A DNA stretch of 64,000 nt, taken from positions 29,102-93,101 of the forward strand of contig JAZNLY010000056.1 in NCBI GenBank assembly GCA_045579305.1. Reading direction: 5' to 3'. Positions 18,261 through 28,597 of this stretch are shown in pieces. Positions within the stretch are counted from its first letter, which is position 1, and the number at the start of each line of letters is the position of its first letter. Origin of the DNA: Candidatus Fimenecus sp. Its GTDB lineage: Bacteria > Bacillota > Clostridia > Oscillospirales > Acutalibacteraceae. A program made the position numbers and the translations under genes. Below the pieces are notes generated by a model. It did not search any database, was not told where the DNA came from, and worked only from the letters and a program-made list of their open reading frames with translations.

Positions 18261-18796
18261 TTATTCTTTCTGTATGCAGTAACCTTTATCTTACCATACT
18301 TGTACTCACGATATTTTGTAAAATCACCTGCTGCTTCAGGTAAAACCTCACGTAATTCGCTTTCACAGAGAATAACACCATAGTCCGTCATTTTTTCTGC
18401 CACTGCAGATAAAACACTATCCAGAATATTTTTGTTATATGGTGGGTCAAGAAAAGCAATATCAAATTTATCGTGACTCAATGTTATATACATCTTTCCG
18501 TCACCACAAAAAACACTTGCCTTTTTTTCAAAACCAACTGTTTTAAGATTCTGTTTTACAACCTCGATTGAGCGGTTTGATGAGTCAACAAAAGTACAAT
18601 GCTTTGCGCCACGACTAAGAGCCTCTATACCCAACTGTCCTGAACCTGCAAACAAGTCAAGAACCGATGCACCCTCAACATCAAACTGGATAATGTTGAA
18701 AATACTTTCCTTAACCCGGTCGGTGGTAGGACGGACATCATCGCCCTCAAGTGTTATAAGTTTTCTTCCTCTGGCTTCGCCTGTTATTACTCTCAT
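18257..18796 (-). CDS. rsmD: 16S rRNA (guanine966-N2)-methyltransferase RsmD
   Basis: MRVITGEARGRKL start at 18796 with a GGAG RBS; the ORF track extends to 18856. DLFAGSGQLGIEALSRG SAM motif and DPPY. Confidence 0.9.
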   Translation of the reverse strand: MRVITGEARGRKLITLEGDDVRPTTDRVKESIFNIIQFDVEGASVLDLFAGSGQLGIEALSRGAKHCTFVDSSNRSIEVVKQNLKTVGFEKKASVFCGDGKMYITLSHDKFDIAFLDPPYNKNILDSVLSAVAEKMTDYGVILCESELREVLPEAAGDFTKYREYKYGKIKVTAYRKNK

Positions 18797-18882
18797 ATAT
18801 TCACTCCGTTGTGTCAATACCACGTGTATTATCTCATTTTTATATGAATTTGTCAAATTTTTTTAAGATGTTACTGGAAAAA

Positions 18883-19542
18883 TCAACCATTTTTTAATGA
18901 AATAAGCTGTTTTTTAAGGTCGTTTACAGTTTCTACTATGTATTTTGCCCCGGCTTTTTCAATTATTTCACGGTCGCGAAATCCCCAAAGTACACCTATG
19001 GATGGGATTCCTGCATTATTTGCTGTGAGAATATCTGTATCAGCATCGCCTACAAACACAGTGTTTTCCAACTTACTGCCTAATTTTTCAAGAGCATAAT
19101 AAACACCATCAGGTGCAGGTTTGTTTGGTCTGTTATCCACACTGCCAACAACCAAATCAATTTCAGGGAACAATCTGTTACACAATTCCTGTGCAGCGTA
19201 GTCAACTTTATTTGTCACAATAGCAGTTTTGAAACCTGCTTTTTTAATATCAGAAAGCATATTACAAATGCCCTCATAAGGAGCTGTTTTATCCTCCATA
19301 TGAACTTTATAATAATCATTAAAATCCTTGAAGCAAACATCAAAGGTTTCTGTGCCCACAATATCTTCCGGCACTGCTCTTTCCACTAAAAGACGGATTC
19401 CATTACCAACAAAAGAACGGATTTCATCCAGATTCCGTAAAGGAAATCCCTGTCTTTCAAGAGCAAAATTGACGCTGTCCATAAGGTCTTCAAGAGTGTT
19501 TAAAAGTGTTCCGTCCAGGTCAAAAATTATTGTATCAATCAT
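18883..19542 (-). CDS. HAD-family hydrolase (phosphoglycolate phosphatase-like)
   Basis: DLDGTL motif I, TNK motif, GDADTD motif IV. Confidence 0.85.
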   Translation of the reverse strand: MIDTIIFDLDGTLLNTLEDLMDSVNFALERQGFPLRNLDEIRSFVGNGIRLLVERAVPEDIVGTETFDVCFKDFNDYYKVHMEDKTAPYEGICNMLSDIKKAGFKTAIVTNKVDYAAQELCNRLFPEIDLVVGSVDNRPNKPAPDGVYYALEKLGSKLENTVFVGDADTDILTANNAGIPSIGVLWGFRDREIIEKAGAKYIVETVNDLKKQLISLKNG

Positions 19543-19545
19543 TTT

Positions 19546-21390
19546 TTATTCCTCACTATAGTATTCACATATTTTCTCTGCAAGTTGCCGGTTAATTCCT
19601 TTAACCTTCTGTAATTCTTCAACAGACGCAGATTTTATATTTTTTATCGTTTTAAATGTTTTAAGCAGGTCTTTTGCCTTTTTCTCACCAATTCCGTCGA
19701 TTTTTGTGAGAGACAATTCAAGGCCACGTTTTGTATGTTTTTTGTGGTGAAAGCCAACAGAAAAGCGATGAACCTCTTCCTGAATTTCCGAAATGAGAGT
19801 AAAGGCACTTCTCAAAGAATTTATAGAGATTTCACCACCGTCACCTGTAATTGCGCGGGTTTTGTGTTTGGAATCTTTAACCATACCAAACAGTGGAATC
19901 TGAAGATTCTTTTCTGTCAAAACCTCTTTTACAACACTTACCTGACCTTTACCACCGTCAAGGAGGATTAAGTCCGGTAATTTCCCAAAACCTTCAGTTA
20001 CATTTTCATCCTTATGCTTGAAATACTCATCAAATCTTCGTGACAAGACCTCACGCATCGAGCCATAGTCGTCCTGTCCGACAAAAGACTTAATATTAAA
20101 TGTACGATATGCACGTTTCAGCGGTTTTCCATTTTTGAAAACAATCATTCCGGCTACATTATCTTCTCCACCAGTGTGAGATATATCATACGATTCAATG
20201 TATTCAGGAGTTTTTTCTAAACCTAAAAGATTTTTAAGTTCTTCCAGTGACTTGATTTCAGAAGATTGCTTACCCTTCTTCTGGGCAAGTTTTTCATAGG
20301 CATTCTCACGACACATATTCACAAGTTTAAGCCCCTCACCTCTTTGCGGGACCATCACTGTGCACTTTTTATCACGCACTTTTGTAAGATGTTGCTCCAC
20401 CAAATCCATATCGTCGAAAATTTCATCGCACATTACTTTTTGTGGAACTGTCCGATTCATTCCATAATACTGAATAAGGAAATTACATCTGATGTTTTCC
20501 ACCATTTTTTCTGAATCAAAGAAAAAATATTCACTATCACAAAGATGCCCTTTATCAAATCGTAAAACGGTTATACAGATATCATTTTCATCAGATACAA
20601 CTGCAAAAACATCCTTCGAATCATTTGTTTCAGTAACAACCTTTTGTTTTGATTGCATATTCTCGATGGCACGGATTCGGTCACGATATTTCACGGCATT
20701 TTCAAAATCAAGATTCTCCGAACAGATATTCATTTTTTCTTTAAGTTCTTTTACTATTTTAGTAATATCGCCATTAAGGAAATCCAGAGCATCTTTTACT
20801 GCCTCATCATATTCTGTTCTGGAAATTTTACCTGTACAGACACCCATACAACGATTTATATGGAAATTTAGACAAGGTCTTCCTTTTTTGAAATCCCTTG
20901 GGAAAACCTTGTTACACTGTGGAAGTCTGAATATCTTGTTTGCTTCGTCAACAGATTGTTTTACAGAATATGAGCTGGTATAGGGTCCTATATAATTGGC
21001 ATTCTCGTCGTCCTTTTGTAAAACAGCAGAAATCCTACGATAGGGCTCATCAGTAACCTTTATGTAACTGTAACCCTTATCATCCTTCAGGAGAATATTG
21101 TATTTGGGTTGGTTCTGCTTAATAAGACTTGCCTCAAGTACTAAAGCTTCGAACTCAGAATCAGTAAGTATATAGTCGAAATCATCAACATTTTCCACCA
21201 TTTTACGGACTTTTACAGAGTGTTTATTCTGTGAGCCGAAATACTGACTGACACGGTTTTTAAGTTTTTTTGCCTTGCCGATATAGATAATTTTACCATG
21301 TTTGTTCTTCATTATATAAACACCGGGTGCAAGAGGTAATTTCATCGATTTCTCTCGAAGAATTGACATTTTTTCGTTCACAGAATTCAC
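19546..21390 (-). CDS. uvrC: Excinuclease ABC subunit C
   Basis: 614 aa. GIY-YIG N-terminus (GVYIMKN...IIYIGKAKKLKNRV), UvrC central domain, C-terminal HhH. Confidence 0.97.
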   Translation of the reverse strand: MNSVNEKMSILREKSMKLPLAPGVYIMKNKHGKIIYIGKAKKLKNRVSQYFGSQNKHSVKVRKMVENVDDFDYILTDSEFEALVLEASLIKQNQPKYNILLKDDKGYSYIKVTDEPYRRISAVLQKDDENANYIGPYTSSYSVKQSVDEANKIFRLPQCNKVFPRDFKKGRPCLNFHINRCMGVCTGKISRTEYDEAVKDALDFLNGDITKIVKELKEKMNICSENLDFENAVKYRDRIRAIENMQSKQKVVTETNDSKDVFAVVSDENDICITVLRFDKGHLCDSEYFFFDSEKMVENIRCNFLIQYYGMNRTVPQKVMCDEIFDDMDLVEQHLTKVRDKKCTVMVPQRGEGLKLVNMCRENAYEKLAQKKGKQSSEIKSLEELKNLLGLEKTPEYIESYDISHTGGEDNVAGMIVFKNGKPLKRAYRTFNIKSFVGQDDYGSMREVLSRRFDEYFKHKDENVTEGFGKLPDLILLDGGKGQVSVVKEVLTEKNLQIPLFGMVKDSKHKTRAITGDGGEISINSLRSAFTLISEIQEEVHRFSVGFHHKKHTKRGLELSLTKIDGIGEKKAKDLLKTFKTIKNIKSASVEELQKVKGINRQLAEKICEYYSEE

Positions 21391-21440
21391 TCCTTTCCAA
21401 GTTAATGTTCAGTATAAAGATATTATATCATAAAACAATA

Positions 21441-21475
21441 AAAAAATAAAGCACACCACAATTATGTGATGTGCT
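21441..21475 (-). terminator. Rho-independent terminator after ptsH
   Basis: Stems GCACACCAC (21451-21459) and GTGATGTGC (21466-21474), with a U-run on the minus-strand transcript. Confidence 0.65.
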
Positions 21476-21488
21476 AAATTCTGTTTGA

Positions 21489-21752
21489 TTATTCAGCAAA
21501 ACCTGATTCAACAAGCTTTACAAGTTCTTCAACAGCCTGTTCTTCATCAGGACCGCCTGCGTGGATACGGATTGTTGTTCCGCCCATAATGCCAAGTGAA
21601 AGAACACCGAGAAGGCTCTTTGCATTTACTCGTCTGTCTTCCTTTTCAACCCAGATTGATGATTTGAATTCATTTGCTTTCTGGATAAAAAATGTTGCTG
21701 GACGTGCATGTAATCCTACCTGATTTTTAACTTCTACATCTTTAGTATACAT
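21489..21752 (-). CDS. ptsH: Phosphocarrier protein HPr
   Basis: GLHARPA (His15) and NAKSLLGVLSLG (Ser46) motifs. 87 aa. Confidence 0.93.
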   Translation of the reverse strand: MYTKDVEVKNQVGLHARPATFFIQKANEFKSSIWVEKEDRRVNAKSLLGVLSLGIMGGTTIRIHAGGPDEEQAVEELVKLVESGFAE

Positions 21753-22049
21753 AAACTCATTCTCCCAAAAGAAAAATATAAATAACAGATTTATACACCT
21801 TTGTTACTAATATATTATACCACAAAACTCCTACTCGTCAACAAAAAAAGGCCTTTTTTTATCCAAAAACAATAATTCAGTTAGAAAAACAAAAACACCA
21901 TTTACACGTGAATTAAGTTTGTGCATTTTTCCTATATTATTTGGTTGTTTTTGTATGATATCTATATTTAAAGTTGGTAAAAAAGAGTATATTCAACACA
22001 TGACAGCTGATTACACCATCATTTTTACACATTTTGCACAATATTATCT

Positions 22050-22784
22050 TTACAGATTTTCTTTTTTCAGAAACGCCTTATCGGCTTCTGATAATTCTGC
22101 TTCATCCAACATATCCGGTCGGTATTTCAGAGTCATAAGAAGTGACTGCTCACGACGCCATTTTTCAATATTTGCATGGTGTCCTGACATTAGTACATCG
22201 GGAACAGTCAGACCATTCCATTCATAAGGTCTTGTGTACTGTGGATACTCTAAAAGTCCGTTGTAGTGACTTTCAAGTTCCTTTGCTTCATCATTTGGCA
22301 AAACACCTTCCAACATTCTTGAAATTGAGTCTGCAAGTACAAGTGCAGGTAATTCACCGCCTGTCAGCACATAGTCACCTATTGAAATCTGTTCATCAAC
22401 CAATGTGTCGATAACACGTTGGTCAATTCCCTCATAGTGTCCGCAAAGGATTGTTATTTCATCCATAGTTGCAAGCTCTTTAACCTTTTTCTGTGTAAGA
22501 ACCTCACCACAGGGTGACATATAAATCAAATGATTCTTATTTTCACTTTGCTGGCAAATTGCCTTATAGCAATCTGCAATCGGTTGTGTCTGCATAAGCA
22601 TACCCATACCACCACCATATGGAGCAAAGTCAACACGGCGGTGTTTATCGAGAGTATAATCTCTTATATTGACACAGTTTATTTCCACATAGCCTTTTTC
22701 CCTTGCTCTGCCGATAATGCTTTCAGAAAGTACGGATTCGCACATTTCGGGAAAAAGTGTCATAATGTTAATCTTCATCTTCAA
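22050..22784 (-). CDS. trmD: tRNA (guanine37-N1)-methyltransferase
   Basis: 244 aa. TrmD knot motifs (CGHYEGIDQRV, GDYVLTGGELPA). Confidence 0.96.
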   Translation of the reverse strand: MKMKINIMTLFPEMCESVLSESIIGRAREKGYVEINCVNIRDYTLDKHRRVDFAPYGGGMGMLMQTQPIADCYKAICQQSENKNHLIYMSPCGEVLTQKKVKELATMDEITILCGHYEGIDQRVIDTLVDEQISIGDYVLTGGELPALVLADSISRMLEGVLPNDEAKELESHYNGLLEYPQYTRPYEWNGLTVPDVLMSGHHANIEKWRREQSLLMTLKYRPDMLDEAELSEADKAFLKKENL

Positions 22785-23292
22785 AAAGTCCTTTTATAGG
22801 ATTGATTTTCACTATTCCTTCTTCAACATCAACAGACACAATTACCTGTTTTATTGCAGGAATAAGCACTTCACCATAAGAAGTCCTGATGTGCCACACG
22901 TCATTTGCACCTGTTTCACTCACATCTGTTATAATGCCCAATTCTTTTCCTGTGTTATCATCAATAACCTTACAATCAAAAAGCTCCTGACGAAACCAAG
23001 TGCCCTCTGGCAATTTTGCGTCACTGCGTTTCATAAACAACACAGTATTCTTAAGTGCTTTTGCTTTTTCAATATCGTCAATTCCTTCCAACATAAGGAT
23101 AACCATATTCCCGTGCGGTCTTGATGAGGTAACTTTTATACTCTTTTCACCATTTTTATCAAAATACAATGTTTTGAATTTTTTTACAAATTCAGGACGG
23201 TCACACCAAGGATTAAAACGCATTTCGCCTCTGATTCCATGAGTTGACACAATCTGTCCTAATTCCAGATAATTTTTAATCATAATTAACAC
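22768..23292 (-). CDS. rimM: 16S rRNA processing protein RimM
   Basis: 174 aa. GQIVSTHGIRGEMR N-terminal motif and a PRC-barrel C-terminus. Canonical position upstream of trmD. Confidence 0.9.
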   Translation of the reverse strand: MLIMIKNYLELGQIVSTHGIRGEMRFNPWCDRPEFVKKFKTLYFDKNGEKSIKVTSSRPHGNMVILMLEGIDDIEKAKALKNTVLFMKRSDAKLPEGTWFRQELFDCKVIDDNTGKELGIITDVSETGANDVWHIRTSYGEVLIPAIKQVIVSVDVEEGIVKINPIKGLFEDED

Positions 23293-23365
23293 CTTTCGGG
23301 TATTCGAGGATTCCGACCCCTATAAGTTACAAATGGGCAGACCAAGTCTGCCCATTGTAATTTGT

Positions 23366-23599
23366 TTAGTCAATATCGACTTGAACTTTTTCTCCTGTAC
23401 GAGTTGCACCGGCTTTAACAACCGTTCTGATAGCCTTTGCAATTCTGCCCTGTTTACCGATAACTCTACCCATATCATTTTCAGCAACGTGAAGATGATA
23501 CACAACAACACCACGGTCATCAACTTCGTCAACAGTAACACTAACAGCATCAGGATTTTCAACAAGTCCTTTAACTATTGTAATAAGAAGTTCCTGCAT
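23366..23599 (-). CDS. KH-domain RNA-binding protein (YlqC-like)
   Basis: 77 aa. GRVIGKQGRIAKAIRTV KH motif. Lies between rpsP and rimM. Confidence 0.85.
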   Translation of the reverse strand: MQELLITIVKGLVENPDAVSVTVDEVDDRGVVVYHLHVAENDMGRVIGKQGRIAKAIRTVVKAGATRTGEKVQVDID

Positions 23600-23616
23600 T
23601 TTTTCAAAAACCTTTC

Positions 23617-23862
23617 TTATTTAATAGCGCCGCTCTTTTTAAGAATAACCTTAACTGTGTCAGTTGGCTGTGCGCCATTCTTAATCCACTGAGCTGCTTT
23701 TTCGTTGTCAATCTTGATTTCAGCAGGGTCTGTCATTGGGTTATAAGTACCAATTTCATCGATAAATCTGCCGTCTCTTGGATAACGAGAATCTGCAACT
23801 ACTACTCTGTAGAAAGGAGCTCTCTTAGCACCCATTCTGCGAAGTCTGATTTTTACTGCCAT
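23617..23862 (-). CDS. rpsP: 30S ribosomal protein S16
   Basis: [26 protein letters not shown]. The GGAGG RBS favours the ATG at 23862 over the ORF-track start at 23877. Confidence 0.96.
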   Translation of the reverse strand: MAVKIRLRRMGAKRAPFYRVVVADSRYPRDGRFIDEIGTYNPMTDPAEIKIDNEKAAQWIKNGAQPTDTVKVILKKSGAIK

Positions 23863-23930
23863 TTTTGTTTCCTCCAAATATATAAAAATTTTATATTAAA
23901 CACTGTTGTGTTTTAATCAGTGTTTTTAAC

Positions 23931-25307
23931 TTACATTGGGAAGCCGCCCATACCACCTGAGCCACCCATACCGCCGAATCCGTTCATGCCACCCATTCGT
24001 TTGAGTTGGCGTCGCATTTTGCCGGAATTCATCTGCTTGAACATTTTCTGCATCTGACGATGCTGATTAAGCAATCTGTTAACATCCTCAACATTCATTC
24101 CGCAACCAGCAGCAATTCTGCGCTTACGTGATGGATTGATAATGTCAGGATTTCTTCTCTCTTTTGGTGTCATTGAAAGAATAATCGCTTTCATTCTGTC
24201 AAGTTGACGCTCGTCAACATCAACATCCTTAATTTTTTTATTAACACCGGGAAGCATTGAAAGAATATCCTTCATACTACCCATTCTGTTGATTTGTTCA
24301 AACTGGTCAAGCAAATCCTCAAGGTCAAACTTGTTTTTACGAAGATTTTCTTCAAGCTTTGCTGCTTTTTTCTCATCAAGGGCAATTTCAGCCCTTTCAA
24401 TAAGAGAAAGCACATCACCCATACCGAGAATTCTGTTTGCCATACGGTCAGGATAAAAATAATCCAACTCGTCAAGCTTTTCACCCATACCTACAAACTT
24501 GATTGGTTTGCCTGTAACAGCTCTTGCTGAAAGAGCAGCACCACCACGGGTGTCACCATCCATTTTTGTAAGCACAAGACCATCAACACCCAATTCGTCA
24601 TTGAATGTACTTGCAACTGTAACAGCATCCTGACCGAGCATAGCATCGATAACGAGAAGAATTTCATGAGGATGAACTTCACTCTTGATGTTTTTAAGCT
24701 CGTTCATAAGCTCTGTATCAATATGCAAACGACCGGCTGTGTCAATAAACACATAGTCATAACCCTTATCTTTTGCAAGCTTTATAGCTTCTTTAGCAAT
24801 TGTGACAGGATTTGTCTGTCCCATTTCAAAAACAGGAACACCAACCTGTTCGCCAACAACCTGCAACTGCTTGATAGCAGCAGGACGATAAATGTCACAA
24901 GCTACAAGCAAAGGTCTGTGATTTTCATTTTTAAGTTTTCGTGCAATCTTTGCACAGTGAGTTGTTTTACCTGAACCCTGAAGACCACACATCATAATAA
25001 CTGTAGGTGGATGACTGGCATAAGCAAGTCTTGTCTGAGTACCGCCCATAAGTTCTGTGAGTTCTTCATTTACTATTTTAATAACCATCTGTGCAGGTGT
25101 AAGACTCTCCATAACCTGTGCACCGATAGCACGTTCGGTAACCTTTGCAGTAAAGTCTTTGGCGACCTTATAGTTAACGTCAGCCTCTAAAAGTGCAAGA
25201 CGAACTTCGCGCATTGCCTCTTTAACATCTTTTTCATTCAGACTGCCTTTACTTTTCAGTCTTTGAAAAGCGGCTTCAAGTCTGTCGGATAAACCTTCAA
25301 ATGCCAT
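23931..25307 (-). CDS. ffh: Signal recognition particle protein Ffh
   Basis: GLQGSGKTT, DTAGR and TKMDGD GTPase motifs. Met/Gly-rich M-domain tail. Probable start MAFEGLS at 25307. Confidence 0.97.
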   Translation of the reverse strand: MAFEGLSDRLEAAFQRLKSKGSLNEKDVKEAMREVRLALLEADVNYKVAKDFTAKVTERAIGAQVMESLTPAQMVIKIVNEELTELMGGTQTRLAYASHPPTVIMMCGLQGSGKTTHCAKIARKLKNENHRPLLVACDIYRPAAIKQLQVVGEQVGVPVFEMGQTNPVTIAKEAIKLAKDKGYDYVFIDTAGRLHIDTELMNELKNIKSEVHPHEILLVIDAMLGQDAVTVASTFNDELGVDGLVLTKMDGDTRGGAALSARAVTGKPIKFVGMGEKLDELDYFYPDRMANRILGMGDVLSLIERAEIALDEKKAAKLEENLRKNKFDLEDLLDQFEQINRMGSMKDILSMLPGVNKKIKDVDVDERQLDRMKAIILSMTPKERRNPDIINPSRKRRIAAGCGMNVEDVNRLLNQHRQMQKMFKQMNSGKMRRQLKRMGGMNGFGGMGGSGGMGGFPM

Positions 25308-25320
25308 TTCTGTCACCTCA

Positions 25321-25683
25321 CTAATCCGTCAAGGAAAGTGCAATTGACTTTATCTTAACTGTTTCATCGTTTATTTCACGAGAAAGACCATGTGATAAAT
25401 TATACTCATTAATCTCCTCTGCACATTTTATGATATCGTTAAGTCCATTCTGATATTTTTCAAGCTTTTTTGAAAACTTAAGTTTGGATTCCATATCATA
25501 AAGTAAAGCCTCTGCCCTTTTAATAGCATCACGCACACCCTGTCGGGTTATTCCTTCGTTTTCAGCAATTTCAGAAAGAGAAAGGTCATCATTGTAGTAA
25601 AAATTAAGATAATCACGTTGCTTGACTGTTAAAGCTTCGCCATACAAATCAAGAAGCATTGTGACCTCTAAACTATTTGCCAC
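25321..25683 (-). CDS. ylxM: YlxM-family putative DNA-binding protein (UPF0122)
   Basis: 120 aa. LSLSEIAENEGITRQGVRDAIKRAE HTH. Canonical position upstream of ffh. Confidence 0.85.
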   Translation of the reverse strand: MANSLEVTMLLDLYGEALTVKQRDYLNFYYNDDLSLSEIAENEGITRQGVRDAIKRAEALLYDMESKLKFSKKLEKYQNGLNDIIKCAEEINEYNLSHGLSREINDETVKIKSIALSLTD

Positions 25684-25748
25684 TTATGACACTCTCCTTT
25701 CGATAAAATAAAATCGCCCTGTAAAGGGTTTTCACTTTACAGAACGAC

Positions 25749-25777
25749 ATTATACTAGATAAATATTTATTTGTCAA
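25749..25777 (-). promoter_or_regulatory. Consensus sigma-A promoter of ylxM-ffh
   Basis: On the minus strand: TTGACA (25772-25777), 17-nt spacer, TATAAT (25749-25754). Confidence 0.65.
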
Positions 25778-25785
25778 GAGTTATT

Positions 25786-26148
25786 TTAACCAATTTCATC
25801 CCAATCGATAGAGTCGCTTCCTGTACCGTCACCAACAGTGAATCCGCCATTGCTATCACCAATATCAACGAAACCTTCTCCACCGACATCGCCAGGAGTT
25901 ATAACAATACTGTTTCCACCATTGTTATCATTTTTAGCTGTTGTGTTTTCCTCACCATCAACTGATGTACCTTGGCTATCGTCTGGAATAATGTCCATAA
26001 ATCCATCTTCATCTGTAGTAATTTCTGCTATTGTAGTATCTTCTGAATTAGTTGCACTTTCGTCAACATCACCATTGTTTTTACAAGCAACAAAAACAAA
26101 AACCACAACAAGCACCATAACAAGAGCAATAATCAATTTTTTATTCAT
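25786..26148 (-). CDS. Small acidic lipoprotein, unknown function
   Basis: Signal peptide with lipobox (VFVFVAC-K). The remainder is D/E/G/T-rich low complexity. Confidence 0.5.
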   Translation of the reverse strand: MNKKLIIALVMVLVVVFVFVACKNNGDVDESATNSEDTTIAEITTDEDGFMDIIPDDSQGTSVDGEENTTAKNDNNGGNSIVITPGDVGGEGFVDIGDSNGGFTVGDGTGSDSIDWDEIG

Positions 26149-26215
26149 AATATGTAACTCCTTTATCTGAATTTCTTTGTTTCATTTTATCATATTTATT
26201 ATTTTTTTGCAACCA

Positions 26216-28597
26216 CTATTTCAATTCTGCAATAGTCACGCCGTCTTCGCCTTCACCGAAAACGCCAAGACGAAAGGTACGGATATTAGGATGTTTACGA
26301 AGATAAATATGAATACCTTTACGCAAAGCACCCGTACCCTTTCCGTGAATAATTGTTATTTCATTAAGTCCTGTACGGAGAATATTGTCAATAAATGTAT
26401 CAAGGTCAAGCATAGCCTCTTCCACTGTCTTGCCACGGATATCAATTGAAGAATTTGATGATGCAGTTGCTTTTGAAGAGCCGGTATGAACTGTTCGCAT
26501 TCCGTAATTTTGTTTCTTCTGAGCCTTCTGACCACCTAAAAGGCGGATATCGGAAATATCTGCTTTTATCTTAATCATACCTGACTGAACCTGAACGATA
26601 TTTTTCTTTTCGTCAACAGAGATAACCTCTGCCTCTCCACCTAATGTTTTAACAAAAACTCTGTCACCCACTACAAGTGGTCGTGGTAATGTATAATCTC
26701 CGTCATCATCAATCAAGCCATTCTGGATTTCATCCATTTTGTCAAGTTGTCTGCCCATTGCAGCCTTGGCTTTTCTTGCAATTTCCTGAAGATTTTTCTG
26801 TTTTGCCTGTTCTTTTTTAAGTTGTTCAATTTCAAGAAGAAGCGAATTACCAGCTCTACGAGCATTTTCTACAATTCTCTCTGCTTCTTGTTTTGCACGG
26901 GTAATTTCCTTTTCACTCTGTGCCTTTGCTTTTTCAAGATTCTTTTCTGCATTTTCTTTTTGACGAAGAATTGCGATTTTTTCTTCTTCCAACTTTTGTC
27001 TGTCATCTTCCAATGCTTTTCTTGCACTTTCAAGGGTATCAACTGCGTCTTCAAAGCGAGTATCCTCTTCGGAAATCAGTGCTCTTGCAAAATCCGTTAT
27101 ACTTTCGTCAATTCCAAGTCGACCTGCAATAGCAAGGGCATTTGAACGGCCAGGCATACCAATAAGCAAACGATATGTTGGCCTGAGTGTTGCAACATCA
27201 AATTCACAACAACCATTTTCAACTCTGTCAGTTTTTAAAGCATATTCCTTAAGCTCGGAATAGTGAGTTGTTGATGCAATTTTTGCACCCTTTTGTCTTA
27301 AATTTTCAAGAATAGCAACTGCCAACGCAGCACCCTCAACCGGGTCCGTACCTGCACCTAATTCATCGATAAGGACAAGGCTTCTGTCATCTGCAGTCTT
27401 TAAAATATCAACTATTGTTGACATGTGCGCAGAGAAAGTTGAAAGAGATTGCTCAATACTCTGTTCATCACCGATATCGGCTAATACATTATCGAATACT
27501 GAAATTTTACTGTTATCAGTAACAGGAAGCATAAGTCCGCATTCTGCCATAAGGGTTAAGAGACCGATTGTTTTGATTGAAACCGTTTTACCACCGGTAT
27601 TTGCACCTGTGATTACAAGAGAATCGAAATCAATTCCAAGTGAAATATTAACGGGCACGACAGATTTAGGGTCAATCAACGGATGTCTTGCTTTTTTAAG
27701 AAGAATTTCACCATCATTATTGAGAATTGGTCGGCTTGCTTTCATTTTGTATGCGAGATGTGCCTTTGCAAAAATCAAATCGAGCATAACCGCTGATTCG
27801 AAACTGATTTTAATTGTATCTTCAAACTCCCCTGCCATACCTGAAAGTTCCATAAGGATTCTTTCGATTTCGTCCTGCTCACGGCTTTCAAGGACTTTGA
27901 TTTCGTTGTTTGCCTCAACAACTGCTGCAGGTTCAATAAACACAGTTGCACCACTACCTGATGTATCGTGGACCATACCTGCAACCTCGCCTCTGTGCTC
28001 TGCTTTTACAGGCACAACAAAACGACCATTACGCTGTGTCACAATTCCGTCACGAAGTGCTTTTGAATAATGATTTGAATGAATCATTGAGTCAAGCTGT
28101 TCGCGGATTTTGTTTTCATAATGACGCTTTTTGCGACGGATTTCTTTAAGCTCCGGTGACGCATTATCACTGATTTCTGTTTCAGAAATAATTGCATTCG
28201 TAATTTTTTCTTCAAGGTATTTATTCTGATAAAGAGAATTGAACAAATCGTCAAGACTTGTCTGCATTCCTGCACATTTTTCGTGCCAAATAGTAATTCC
28301 ACGAATAATTTTAAGTGTTGTTGCAATTTTTAAAAGTTCCCCTGCAGAAAGTGAGCCACCGGCACTTGCTCTGCTCAAAGCATTGTTTACATTCTGAAGT
28401 CCACCGAATGATGGCGCACCGAATTTTGCAATAAAAATATAAGCCGCCTCGGTTTTATCCAGCAACTCCAATACCTCAAAATAATCTGTCAACGGCTCAA
28501 TTTGTAACGCCCTTTCCTTGGCGTCGGCACTGCTTGCCGTATCGGACAGCATTTTAAGTATTTTATCTAATTCAAGTGAAATACAATATTTATTCAT
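26216..28597 (-). CDS. mutS2: Endonuclease MutS2
   Basis: 793 aa. Walker A GANTGGKT, long coiled-coil linker, C-terminal Smr domain (IIHGKGTGALR). Confidence 0.95.
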   Translation of the reverse strand: MNKYCISLELDKILKMLSDTASSADAKERALQIEPLTDYFEVLELLDKTEAAYIFIAKFGAPSFGGLQNVNNALSRASAGGSLSAGELLKIATTLKIIRGITIWHEKCAGMQTSLDDLFNSLYQNKYLEEKITNAIISETEISDNASPELKEIRRKKRHYENKIREQLDSMIHSNHYSKALRDGIVTQRNGRFVVPVKAEHRGEVAGMVHDTSGSGATVFIEPAAVVEANNEIKVLESREQDEIERILMELSGMAGEFEDTIKISFESAVMLDLIFAKAHLAYKMKASRPILNNDGEILLKKARHPLIDPKSVVPVNISLGIDFDSLVITGANTGGKTVSIKTIGLLTLMAECGLMLPVTDNSKISVFDNVLADIGDEQSIEQSLSTFSAHMSTIVDILKTADDRSLVLIDELGAGTDPVEGAALAVAILENLRQKGAKIASTTHYSELKEYALKTDRVENGCCEFDVATLRPTYRLLIGMPGRSNALAIAGRLGIDESITDFARALISEEDTRFEDAVDTLESARKALEDDRQKLEEEKIAILRQKENAEKNLEKAKAQSEKEITRAKQEAERIVENARRAGNSLLLEIEQLKKEQAKQKNLQEIARKAKAAMGRQLDKMDEIQNGLIDDDGDYTLPRPLVVGDRVFVKTLGGEAEVISVDEKKNIVQVQSGMIKIKADISDIRLLGGQKAQKKQNYGMRTVHTGSSKATASSNSSIDIRGKTVEEAMLDLDTFIDNILRTGLNEITIIHGKGTGALRKGIHIYLRKHPNIRTFRLGVFGEGEDGVTIAELK

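Noticed and set aside
21843-21860. AAAAAAAGGCCTTTTTTT as a bidirectional terminator downstream of trmD
   Set aside because: Only a 4-bp GC core (GGCC) with A:T extensions. It is plausible but too weak to list as a feature.
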